Shown: positions 1 to 8,194 of the stretch, in pieces | Position numbering within the stretch: position 1 is the stretch's first letter | Layout of the letters: every line of letters begins with the position of its first letter | Source: Christensenellaceae bacterium | Lineage (GTDB): Bacteria > Bacillota > Clostridia > Christensenellales > CAG-138 | Length of the DNA: 64,000 bases | Direction of reading: 5' to 3' | NCBI GenBank assembly: GCA_963674535.1 | Contig: OY771363.1 | Coordinates: forward strand, 348,719-412,718 | Program-made: the position numbers and the translations under genes | The notes under the pieces: generated by a model | Told to the model about the DNA's origin: nothing | Database searches by the model: none | What the model saw: only the letters and a program-made list of their open reading frames with translations

Positions 1-389
1 GCGGTTTCCGCTTCCGTAAACGAAGAAAGCGCCGCCGAGACCGCGCTGGGGATATCCGGCATCTGGCGGCCATAGTAGTCCAGAAACTTTTTAGTCACGT
101 TCAGGTGCGCTTCCCGGCGGTCGTCGTCGCTGCCGACGCGTTCGAGATAGCCTTTGGTCACGAGCGCGTTGACCTTGTAGGAAGCGTTCGGCTGGGAGAT
201 GCCCAGAAACGCGGCGAATTCGCTGATGGTCGGGTGGTCGAGCAGATAGATCACCTCGGCGGAAAACGCTTCCGTCGCGCTCAGGCTGCCCGCTTTTTCC
301 TGCAGCTGCGCAAAGAGGTTGCGGTAATGCGAAAGCCGCAGGTTTTTATACAGTTCCGACATGGATTCGCTGAGTTTGGATGCGGGCAT
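1..389 (-). CDS. MarR-family transcriptional regulator (3' end runs off the window edge)
   Basis: Minus-strand reading from the ATG (complement of 387-389) gives MPASKLSESMSELYKNLRLSHYRNLFAQLQEKAGSLSATEAFSAEVIYLLDHPTISEFAAFLGISQPNASYKVNALVTKGYLERVGSDDDRREAHLNV..., a MarR-like winged-helix pattern. It is absent from the ORF track because no stop lies inside the window. The 105..470 + ORF is its antisense shadow. Confidence 0.75.
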   Translation of the reverse strand, partial: MPASKLSESMSELYKNLRLSHYRNLFAQLQEKAGSLSATEAFSAEVIYLLDHPTISEFAAFLGISQPNASYKVNALVTKGYLERVGSDDDRREAHLNVTKKFLDYYGRQMPDIPSAVSAALSSFTEAET

Positions 390-460
390 AGGCAGTCACA
401 CTCCATCATGAAATTGATCCGGCCGCCGGCTCTTGCCAAAGCGGTGCAAAAGGGCGCGCG

Positions 461-486
461 AAATACTTAAAGATTTTTAAGTATTT
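461..486. promoter_or_regulatory. Perfect 11-bp inverted repeat AAATACTTAAA-gatt-TTTAAGTATTT, candidate MarR operator
   Basis: The palindrome was read directly. It lies about 75 nt upstream of the MarR start and overlaps the predicted -10 of its promoter. Confidence 0.4.
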
Positions 487-512
487 TACCAGAACGCCCC
501 GCATTCTGTCAA
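483..512 (-). promoter_or_regulatory. Sigma-70-like promoter for the MarR gene
   Basis: Minus strand: TTGACA, 18 nt, TAAAAT. Confidence 0.4.
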
Positions 513-594
513 GCGAAGAATGAACTCGAGGTACAGAATTTACATCTATATGATACGTCTTTGATCAATCACGCCGCTCGGCAAAGCAGAGCGC

Positions 595-621
595 AAAAAA
601 GAAGCCCGTTAAACGGACTTC
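595..621 (-). terminator. Intrinsic terminator downstream of ppiB
   Basis: Minus strand: GAAGTCCGT-tta-ACGGGCTTC followed by TTTTTT. Confidence 0.6.
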
Positions 622-655
622 TTCTACTGCGGTGCAATCTGGAGTTTGCTAGCGC

Positions 656-1207
656 TCAGTCGAGAATCTTTTCCGGCTCGCCGAAGTCCTGGCCGAATGT
701 TTCAACGCGAATCTGCTTGATCTTCTGCTCGACGATGGGCTTGTTGCCAACGCCCGTCACGCAGGTGGCAATGGAGTCCACAACGCCCATGCCCTCGACG
801 ACCATGCCGAACGCGCAGTAGTCTTTGTCGAGGTATTTCGAATCCGCGTGCAGAATAAAGAACTGGCTGCCCGCCGTGTCGTAAGCGCTCTTGGGGTCGT
901 AGGGGTTGCCCTGCCGCGCCATACTGACCACGCCGCGGTCATGCGAAAGGGAGTTGTGGAAGCGGTTGTTGGTAAACTCGCCCTTAATGCGGTAGCCGGG
1001 GCCGCCGGTTCCGGTGCCGGTCGGGTCGCCGCCCTGAATGACGAAACCCTTGATGACGCGGTGGAAGATGGTTCCGTCGTAATAACCCTTATTGGCAAGG
1101 GCGATGAAGTTGCAAACGGTGTTCGGCGCAATGTCCTGATACAGTTCAATTTTGATGATGCCGCCGTTCTGCATTTCGATGGTGGCTACGGGTACTTTGG
1201 TGACCAA
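656..1207 (-). CDS. ppiB: Peptidyl-prolyl cis-trans isomerase, cyclophilin type
   Basis: Cyclophilin hallmarks: IELYQDIAPNTVCNF, FHRVIKGFVIQGGDPTGTGTGGPGY, SMARQG and GSQFFI. I prefer the TTG start at 1207, preceded by GAGGAGGA. The longer ORF to 1321 adds an Arg-rich non-homologous extension. Confidence 0.9.
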   Translation of the reverse strand: MVTKVPVATIEMQNGGIIKIELYQDIAPNTVCNFIALANKGYYDGTIFHRVIKGFVIQGGDPTGTGTGGPGYRIKGEFTNNRFHNSLSHDRGVVSMARQGNPYDPKSAYDTAGSQFFILHADSKYLDKDYCAFGMVVEGMGVVDSIATCVTGVGNKPIVEQKIKQIRVETFGQDFGEPEKILD

Positions 1208-1577
1208 ATGTGTATCCTCCTCGGGATGACGCTTCAAGCGCTGCAAACATGCAAGGCGCCGGAAAAGCCGGATGATTTTGCCGAACGAAACGGGGGAGAA
1301 CCGCGCGGCGCGCGCAGGCATTTCTCGACTCCAAAACTCGGCTGTACCTATTTTCTTTCATTCGGGAGAGAATGTCAATGAACGAAAACGAATATTTTAA
1401 TGAACGTTTTGGCGCTTTCTTACGCGCGCTGTCTTAAGGCGCTATAATGCACCAAACTTCGCTGTGAAATGCGGAGATTTTTGAATATGCCGCGCGAACA
1501 AAGCCGCCGTATGGTACAATATTTCCATCAGAAAAATCCGCCGTTTTCGAGTTATGGCGGAATAAAGGAGGCGCAGA

Positions 1578-2579
1578 ATGGCATATTCGGCAAGCGCGGA
1601 GCGGTATGAACACATGACGTATCGATCCTGCGGGGACAGCGGGTTGAAACTGCCGCTGCTTTCGCTGGGGCTTTGGCATAACTTCGGCACGCTCGACGAC
1701 TACGAGAACATGAAACAGATGTGCTTTGCCGCGTTTGACCGCGGAATAACCCACTTTGACCTAGCAAACAACTACGGCCCCGAACCGGGCGCCGCGGAAA
1801 CGAACTTTGGCCGCATCCTTCGCGAGGAGCTGGCGAAGTACCGCGACGAACTGGTCATCAGCACCAAGGCGGGGTATTATATGTGGCCGGGGCCGTATGG
1901 CGACCGCGGCAGCCGCAAATACCTGCTTTCCAGCCTCGACCAGAGCCTCAAGCGCATGGGGCTGCCATATGTGGATATCTTTTACCACCACCGCATGGAC
2001 CCCGAAACGCCGTTGGAGGAGAGCATGCTCGCCCTCGACACGGCGGTCAAGAGCGGGCGCGCGCTCTACGCGGGCATTTCAAACTACGACGCGAAAACGG
2101 CGCTTCGCGCGGCGGAAATTTTAGGCGAACTGCGCTGCCCGTTTGTGCTCAACCAAATCCGGTACTCCATTTTCGACCGGCATATCGAGCCCGACCGGCT
2201 CATGGAAGCGGCAAAACAGGCGGGGTTCGGGCTGATCGTGTTCAGCCCGCTGGCGCAGGGCTTGCTGACCGACCGGTATTTGGGCGGCATTCCGAGCGAC
2301 AGCCGGATCGGCAAGGGCGGGCCGTTCTTAAGACGCGAGCAACTCACGGAAGATAAGCTTGCGCAGATCAAAGCGCTCAACGATCTCGCCGCCGAACGCG
2401 GGCAGACGCTCTCGCAGATGGCGCTGAGCTGGGTGGTGCGAAACGAAGCGGTCACCAGCGTGCTCATTGGCGCTTCCTCGCCTAAGCAGATTGAGGAGAA
2501 CGCAGGCATTCTCAGCGCGCCCGCGTTCACGCCGGAGCAGCTCAAACGAATCGACGAAATCACCCGCTATACGGCATAA
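1578..2579 (+). CDS. Aldo/keto reductase (YghZ/Gpr-like)
   Basis: MTYRSCGDSGLKLPLLSLGLWHNFG, FDLANNYGP, YVDIFYHHRMD and SVLIGASSPKQIEEN. RBS AAAGGAGG lies upstream. Confidence 0.9.
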   Translation: MAYSASAERYEHMTYRSCGDSGLKLPLLSLGLWHNFGTLDDYENMKQMCFAAFDRGITHFDLANNYGPEPGAAETNFGRILREELAKYRDELVISTKAGYYMWPGPYGDRGSRKYLLSSLDQSLKRMGLPYVDIFYHHRMDPETPLEESMLALDTAVKSGRALYAGISNYDAKTALRAAEILGELRCPFVLNQIRYSIFDRHIEPDRLMEAAKQAGFGLIVFSPLAQGLLTDRYLGGIPSDSRIGKGGPFLRREQLTEDKLAQIKALNDLAAERGQTLSQMALSWVVRNEAVTSVLIGASSPKQIEENAGILSAPAFTPEQLKRIDEITRYTA

Positions 2580-2615
2580 GCGCGGGCTTACCTGAGAGCC
2601 CGGAGGCGAGAAGTC

Positions 2616-3614
2616 ATGTCGGATCCGCGAGCAAGGCTGCTGTTAACCCGCGCGTATTTAGTTGAGCGTACGGACGAACGCCATGCCGTTTCCGCTGCGG
2701 AACTGACCGCGCATCTCGAATGCGAAGGCTTTGCTTCCAACCGGCGGTCGGTGAATGCGGATATTGACCTGCTGCGGCAGAGCGGGTTGCCGGTTGCGCA
2801 AAAGAAGTCGCGCCCGTTCGGCTATTACCTCGAACGCCGGATGTTCGAACCGGCGGAAGTTCGCCTGTTGATCGACCTCGTGCGCGCCAGCCGCGTGCTT
2901 TCGCGCGAGCATGGCGACGCGCTGACGCGAAAACTTGCGTCCCTGCTCGGCAGGTTCGAAGCGGAACGCCTATGCCGCGGCTGGGAGCAGACGGCTCGCG
3001 AACCCGCGGCGGATGAGCGCGCGTACGCCAACCTGAAACGCGTTTACGAAGCGCTGGCGGACGGCAAGAAACTCTCGTTTCAATACTGCCGGCATACGCT
3101 TGAGAAAACGCTGGTTTCGCGCCGGAACGGCGAAATTTACGCGGTGAACCCCTGCATGACGCTGTTTATGGACGGCTGCTGCTATCTGCTTGCCGACCAT
3201 CCGCACCACGAGGGTTTTGCGCATTACCGCGTGGATAAGATGGCGAACGTGCGCTTGCTGGAGGAACCCGGCGCGCCGCCCGATCCCGCGTTTGATCCCG
3301 CCCGGTACGAAAAAACTCTCTTTTCCATGTATCCGGGCGAAGCAAGATGGGTGCGGCTTGCGTTCGAAAAATCCCTGATCGGCGCGGTCATCGACCGGTT
3401 CGGCGAGGATGCGCCGATTGCGGCGCTGGATGAAACGACATTCGCGGTCTCCGCGCCGGTGCGTGTTTCTCCGCCGTTTTTCGGCTGGGTATTCCAGTTT
3501 GGCGGCGGGGTGCGCATCCTCTCGCCGGATGACGTTTGCGAGCGGATGGCGCTGATGATTGAGGCGGCAAGGAATGCCGCGTCAGCCGGAAAAGCGCCGG
3601 GACAAACGGTTTAA
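2616..3614 (+). CDS. HTH plus WYL-domain transcriptional regulator
   Basis: An N-terminal HTH-like segment (SAAELTAHLECEGFASNRRSVNADIDLLRQSG). A central WYL-type motif (DGCCYLLADHPHHEGFAHYRVDKM). Confidence 0.7.
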   Translation: MSDPRARLLLTRAYLVERTDERHAVSAAELTAHLECEGFASNRRSVNADIDLLRQSGLPVAQKKSRPFGYYLERRMFEPAEVRLLIDLVRASRVLSREHGDALTRKLASLLGRFEAERLCRGWEQTAREPAADERAYANLKRVYEALADGKKLSFQYCRHTLEKTLVSRRNGEIYAVNPCMTLFMDGCCYLLADHPHHEGFAHYRVDKMANVRLLEEPGAPPDPAFDPARYEKTLFSMYPGEARWVRLAFEKSLIGAVIDRFGEDAPIAALDETTFAVSAPVRVSPPFFGWVFQFGGGVRILSPDDVCERMALMIEAARNAASAGKAPGQTV

Positions 3615-3682
3615 ACAAACGAGAAATCATTCTGTCGGCAGGGCATTCGCTCTGCGGCATAGTATCACACCGGAGGGATTTC

Positions 3683-4147
3683 GTGTTTCACATTGTGTTG
3701 GTTGAGCCGGAAATACCGCAGAACACCGGCAACATTGCGCGCACCTGCGCGGTAACGGGGGCGGCGCTGCATCTTGTTCGTCCGCTTGGGTTTTCGCTGG
3801 ACGATAAGCAGCTCAAGCGCGCGGGACTGGACTACTGGAAGGAGCTGAACGTAACGCTCTACGACAGCTTTGAAGAGGTCGAGCAGGCGCACCCCGAGGC
3901 GCGGTTCTACCTGCTCTCTACGCACGCCACGCGGAGCTATGCCGAAGCGCAGTATGCCGACGGGGATTTCCTCGTCTTTGGCAAGGAGACGGCGGGGCTC
4001 GGCTCTAAATTGCTCGCGCGGCGGAGCGCGGACGCCGTCCGCATTCCCATGCGGAATGGGCTGCGCTCGCTGAATCTGAGCAACTCCGTTGCCCTCGTTT
4101 TATACGAGGCGCTGCGCCAGAACGGGTTTCCGGGACTGACGGTCTGA
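3683..4147 (+). CDS. trmL: tRNA (cytidine/uridine-2'-O)-methyltransferase TrmL (SpoU family)
   Basis: MFHIVLVEPEIPQNTGNIARTCAVTGAALHLVRPLGF..LDYW...LNLSNSVALVLYEALRQ. GTG start after GGAGGG. Confidence 0.9.
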   Translation: MFHIVLVEPEIPQNTGNIARTCAVTGAALHLVRPLGFSLDDKQLKRAGLDYWKELNVTLYDSFEEVEQAHPEARFYLLSTHATRSYAEAQYADGDFLVFGKETAGLGSKLLARRSADAVRIPMRNGLRSLNLSNSVALVLYEALRQNGFPGLTV

Positions 4148-4230
4148 ATAAAGCCCGTTCAGATCGCGCTTTTACGGGTCGTTTCCGCGCAAAAACCGTG
4201 AAAAACCGCACGGTTGCAGGAAAATAAGAC

Positions 4231-4259
4231 TTGCATCGTTACCGTCCGCGTGATAATAT
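4231..4259 (+). promoter_or_regulatory. Sigma-70-like promoter for rpmB
   Basis: TTGCAT, 17 nt, TAATAT. Confidence 0.5.
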
Positions 4260-4298
4260 AGCAATGTTCGATTTTTAGCAAGGAGGTGGACTACTCGC

Positions 4299-4490
4299 AT
4301 GGGTAAGTATTGTGAAGTCTGCAACAAGGGTGTCATGTCCGGCAATCTGGTCAGCCACTCCAACCGCAAGACCAAGCGCGGCTGGGCGCCGAACATCCAA
4401 AGCGTGCATGTTGTCGTTGACGGGAAACCGATGAAGATGAACGTTTGCACGCGGTGCCTCCGTTCCGGCAAGGTATCCCGCAGCGTCTAA
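4299..4490 (+). CDS. rpmB: 50S ribosomal protein L28
   Basis: MGKYCEVCNKGVMSGNLVSHSNRKTKRGWAPNIQSV... RBS AAGGAGG. Confidence 0.95.
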   Translation: MGKYCEVCNKGVMSGNLVSHSNRKTKRGWAPNIQSVHVVVDGKPMKMNVCTRCLRSGKVSRSV

Positions 4491-4512
4491 GCTGTCAAAT
4501 TTGATTTTTATA

Positions 4513-4549
4513 AGAACACCGCGCACTCAAACGCGCGGTGTTCTTATTT
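4513..4549 (+). terminator. Intrinsic terminator after rpmB
   Basis: GAACACCGCGC-actcaaac-GCGCGGTGTTC followed by TTATTT. Confidence 0.75.
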
Positions 4550-4812
4550 CTGCGGCGGGGTGTGCCCGCAAAAGCCAGCGCCCTTTACCGCGTTTTTATT
4601 GTTGCAGAGAGTTCACCTTTGCCGTTTTACGCGCGGTTTCTTTCTTTTGACGTGAAAATGGGTGAAATCGCGTCGTTTTACCGATTTGGCGCGCAATTTT
4701 ACGCGCGCATAGGGGTCGCGGCGCTTGGGCGTTGTTGCCAAGAAGCGCCCGAACCGATATAATAAGCGAGAATATGCCGATCTGCGGAGCTGAATTGCTG
4801 GAGGAAACGGGT

Positions 4813-6318
4813 ATGGAGAACGGGATGGTTTCCCGCAAACAACGCTGGGTGTTTCCGCTTTGTCTGGGACTTGCGGCTTTGTTCCTTTTACTGGCTACAA
4901 AATCATCGCCGTTCTACCCGCTCAACGACTGGGTAGACGCGAACATCTACTTTACCATCGGCAAGGGCATGATGCACGGACAGGTGCCCTACCTGAACCT
5001 CTACGACCAGAAGGGACCTACGGCCTACCTGATTTACGGGTTGGCTTCGCTGATTTCGGGCAAGTCGTTTCTTGGCGTTTACCTGCTGGAAGTGCTCGCG
5101 TTCGGCAGCTTCCTGTTTGCCATATATAAGATCGTTTCGCTCTTCACCGAAAAAAACGCATTGATCGTTTTGCCGGTGTTCTGCTGGGCGATTCTCGGCA
5201 GCCTCAGCTTTTCCCACGGCGGCAGTTTTGAAGAGTTCATGATGCCGCTGTTTGCGTTTTCGCTGTACGATTCGCTGAAATACTTTAAAACGATTTACCC
5301 CAAACCCGTTCCCTATAAAACAATTGCGCTTAACGCGCTGCTTGCCGGGATGATGCTCTACGGCAAGTTTACGCTGCTTGCGTTCTACATCGCCTGGATG
5401 GGGACCATCGCCATTGCACAGCTTGCTGCCAAGCAATGGAAGCGAGCGATTGGAGCGAGCGTTCTGTTTATCCTCGTGATGGTTGGCGTTGGCATTCCCT
5501 GGGCGGTCTACTTCAACGCGCATGGCGCGCTGCACGAGTTCTGGTATTATTACTTCTACCAAAATATCTTCGGCTATTCGTATCTGGAAGCGCCGCTGAT
5601 TCTTACCATGCCGTATGCCATTGTGCACGACGTTGCCGCGTTTTCGTTCCGCAACCCGCAGATTGCAGGGTTCATCGCGCTGGGGCTGGTTTGGTTTTTG
5701 CTGCAAAAGCGCGATCGGGTTAAAACGGTCGAAAAGATCAACTTGCTTTTACTCTGCGCGCTCTTGGCCGCGGGCATCTACTGCGGCGGGCAGGGGTACC
5801 GCTATTACGGGCTCGTGCTGACGCCGTTCATGGCAATCGGGTTTGTGCCGCTCGTTCGGCTCTGGCAAACGCATGTTGCGCCAAAAATTCAAACGCGTGC
5901 GGCAAAAGTCGCGCTGTTCGGCGCGCTGACGCTGGTGATGCTCGCGCTGACGTTTGTCACCACGGACAATCGCTACATGCTGTTTAAAAATAAGGAAGAA
6001 ATGCCCCAAACACAGTTTGCCAAAACACTCCAGGCGTCGGGGGAGGATACCGGTTCGCTGTTCTGCTACGGCTTCCCGGACTCGGGGTTCTACCTTGCGG
6101 CGGACGTCATTCCCGAATACCGCTTTTTTGCAACGTCCAACGTAGCCCTGCCGGACGTAAAGACCGAGCAGGAGCGGTATGCTGCAGAAGCTCTGCCGAA
6201 GTTCATCATTACGCGCGATCGCGAGTTGGAGTCGAGGGCGTACAGGCAGATCGATTCCAGCGAGTTCCGCTATGAGGAGTGCGAGCGCACCTACCGGCTG
6301 TACGAACGGCTGGACTGA
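4813..6318 (+). CDS. Polytopic membrane protein, GT-C / GT39 (ArnT/PMT_2-like) glycosyltransferase family
   Basis: Many TM helices. The N-terminal pattern SPFYPLNDWVDANIYFTIGKGMMHGQVPYLNLYDQKGP is typical of dolichyl-phosphate-mannose/ArnT-like transferases. ATG at 4813 follows GGAGGA; the 4732 start is an upstream extension. Confidence 0.65.
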   Translation: MENGMVSRKQRWVFPLCLGLAALFLLLATKSSPFYPLNDWVDANIYFTIGKGMMHGQVPYLNLYDQKGPTAYLIYGLASLISGKSFLGVYLLEVLAFGSFLFAIYKIVSLFTEKNALIVLPVFCWAILGSLSFSHGGSFEEFMMPLFAFSLYDSLKYFKTIYPKPVPYKTIALNALLAGMMLYGKFTLLAFYIAWMGTIAIAQLAAKQWKRAIGASVLFILVMVGVGIPWAVYFNAHGALHEFWYYYFYQNIFGYSYLEAPLILTMPYAIVHDVAAFSFRNPQIAGFIALGLVWFLLQKRDRVKTVEKINLLLLCALLAAGIYCGGQGYRYYGLVLTPFMAIGFVPLVRLWQTHVAPKIQTRAAKVALFGALTLVMLALTFVTTDNRYMLFKNKEEMPQTQFAKTLQASGEDTGSLFCYGFPDSGFYLAADVIPEYRFFATSNVALPDVKTEQERYAAEALPKFIITRDRELESRAYRQIDSSEFRYEECERTYRLYERLD

Positions 6319-6457
6319 CACAATCAAAATTCGGCCGTGCCGAACTTGGTACAAACCACGGTTCGCAGGCGCGGCCTATGGGCATAGGGACAGGAAACAA
6401 GACATGGAACAAACCAGCAACACGAACAATTTACTGGGAAAGGGGCGGAAGAAGCAG

Positions 6458-8098
6458 ATGAAACGGATAGTCTTGATCGCAGTGATTGCGCTTGCCGCGC
6501 TTTTCATGACGGGCTGCGATCTGTTTGTGGATCGCTCGGCAACGGAGCTTGCCTTTGCGGACGCGCAGGAAATCGACGTGGAAGACCTGCAGAAGTACGA
6601 AAACCTGCAGTCTCTTGATATCCGCAGTGCGGACGTAAGTACGGAACTTTACGACCAGCTCCATACCGCGCTGCCGAACTGCCGGATACTCTGGAGCGTG
6701 CCGATTGGGGAGAGCCGCATCGACAGCCAGGTGACGCAGGTCGTTCTGCCGAAGATCGACGGCGAACAGCTCACGCTGCTGGACTATTTTCCGAATCTGG
6801 CGGGCGTGGACGCCACCGCCTGCGACTGCTACGGCGCGCTGATGACCAAGAGCCTCGAACTGCCGAACGTTTCGTTCCGCTGGACGATTCCCATCGGCGG
6901 TGTCAATGTGAACAACACGGATTCCAGCGCCGATCTTTCCGGTGTGACGACCGGCGGCGTGGACGCGCTGGGTGATACGCTTTTGTGCCTGCCCGCGCTG
7001 ACGAATCTGGACATCACCGAGTCGGACATTACAGGCGGGGACGCGCAGGTTTTGATGGCGCGCTTTCCGAATATTACGTTTCTCTACACCGCGGAGATCT
7101 TCGGCGTCAAGGTCAATTCCGACGCGACAACGCTGGATCTGACGAAAGCCGCGCTTGACGACGAAGCCGCTCTGCCAGATGCGCTCAGCCCGCTCAAGGC
7201 GCTCACAAGCGTTGATCTCAGCGGACAAACGCTCAGCGCGGAGACCATGCGCGCGCTCAAGGAGCGTTATCCGAACATTCAATTTTCGTTTACCGTGGAC
7301 GTTTTTGGCCAGCTTGTTGCAAGCGACACAGCCGAGCTCGACCTGCGCGGGAATACGTTTACCGCGCCGGAAGAGGTTGCCAATGCGCTTGTGAACCTGC
7401 CGGATCTGACCTACTGCGACCTTTGCGATACAGGGCTGACTAACGAGCAGATGGAAACGCTGATGGCGCAATTCCCCAGCGTCAAGTTCGTTTGGTACGT
7501 CGATATTGGCGCATGGAGAATCCGCACGGATATCGAAGCGTTTTCCACCGGCAACCGCGACGAATTCCCCAACGGCGCGGGATACTTTACCGGCAAGGGC
7601 AGAACGTCTTTGACCGATACGGAAGTGGAAGCGCTCAAGTATTGTACGGATTTGGTCTATCTGGACGTAGGGCACAACAAGATTACGAACCTTTCGTTTC
7701 TGGAGGGGCTGACGAAACTGCGCGTGCTCATTGTCGGCAGCAACAAGATTGCGGATATCACGCCCGTTTCCAAGCTCGAAAACCTCGAGTATCTGGAGAT
7801 GTTCATGAACCTCGTAACCGACATCAGCCCGCTTTCCGGACTGACGAAACTGGCCTATCTCAACTGCAGCCGCAACAGCTTTACGGATATTACGCCGCTT
7901 ACGACCATGACGCAGCTCAAACGGCTCTGGATCGTGAACAATCGCCAGATTTCGAAGGACGATTTTACAAGGCTGATCGCCGCGCTGCCGGAGTGCGAAA
8001 TCTGCACGTCTGCGGTGCATTCCACCGCGAACGGTTGGCGTGAAACGGATATCTACAAAGAGTTCCAGGAGAAGTTCGGCCTGCCCGCACTCGACTAG
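6458..8098 (+). CDS. Leucine-rich-repeat lipoprotein
   Basis: MKRIVLIAVIALAALFMTGC is a lipobox signal. Multiple LRR units follow (LxxLxxLDLSxN-type, e.g. YLDVGHNKITNLSFLEGLTKLRVLIVGSNKIADITPVSKLENLEYLEMFMN). An alternative start at 6404 is possible; 6179 overlaps the previous gene. Confidence 0.8.
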   Translation: MKRIVLIAVIALAALFMTGCDLFVDRSATELAFADAQEIDVEDLQKYENLQSLDIRSADVSTELYDQLHTALPNCRILWSVPIGESRIDSQVTQVVLPKIDGEQLTLLDYFPNLAGVDATACDCYGALMTKSLELPNVSFRWTIPIGGVNVNNTDSSADLSGVTTGGVDALGDTLLCLPALTNLDITESDITGGDAQVLMARFPNITFLYTAEIFGVKVNSDATTLDLTKAALDDEAALPDALSPLKALTSVDLSGQTLSAETMRALKERYPNIQFSFTVDVFGQLVASDTAELDLRGNTFTAPEEVANALVNLPDLTYCDLCDTGLTNEQMETLMAQFPSVKFVWYVDIGAWRIRTDIEAFSTGNRDEFPNGAGYFTGKGRTSLTDTEVEALKYCTDLVYLDVGHNKITNLSFLEGLTKLRVLIVGSNKIADITPVSKLENLEYLEMFMNLVTDISPLSGLTKLAYLNCSRNSFTDITPLTTMTQLKRLWIVNNRQISKDDFTRLIAALPECEICTSAVHSTANGWRETDIYKEFQEKFGLPALD

Positions 8099-8194
8099 CG
8101 TCGGCTGGCTTGCCAAAAACGATACTACGAAACCCGGCCGACCTACCAGAATTCCCCAAAGGCAGGCCGGCTGCCCCCTAAAAGGAGAGATACC

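Noticed and set aside
105-470. A 121-aa plus-strand ORF at the window start.
   Set aside because: It is antisense to a convincing MarR-family reading frame (1..389, minus strand) and has no motif of its own.
4732-4812. Upstream extensions of several track ORFs: 4732, 6179, 14594, 17198, 17655, 18533, 20403, 24612, 26845, 28899, 29269, 29988, 36041, 41992, 50413 and 61047 as starts.
   Set aside because: The internal starts are preceded by good Shine-Dalgarno sequences and give N-termini that match the family or a signal peptide. The extensions overlap upstream genes or terminators.
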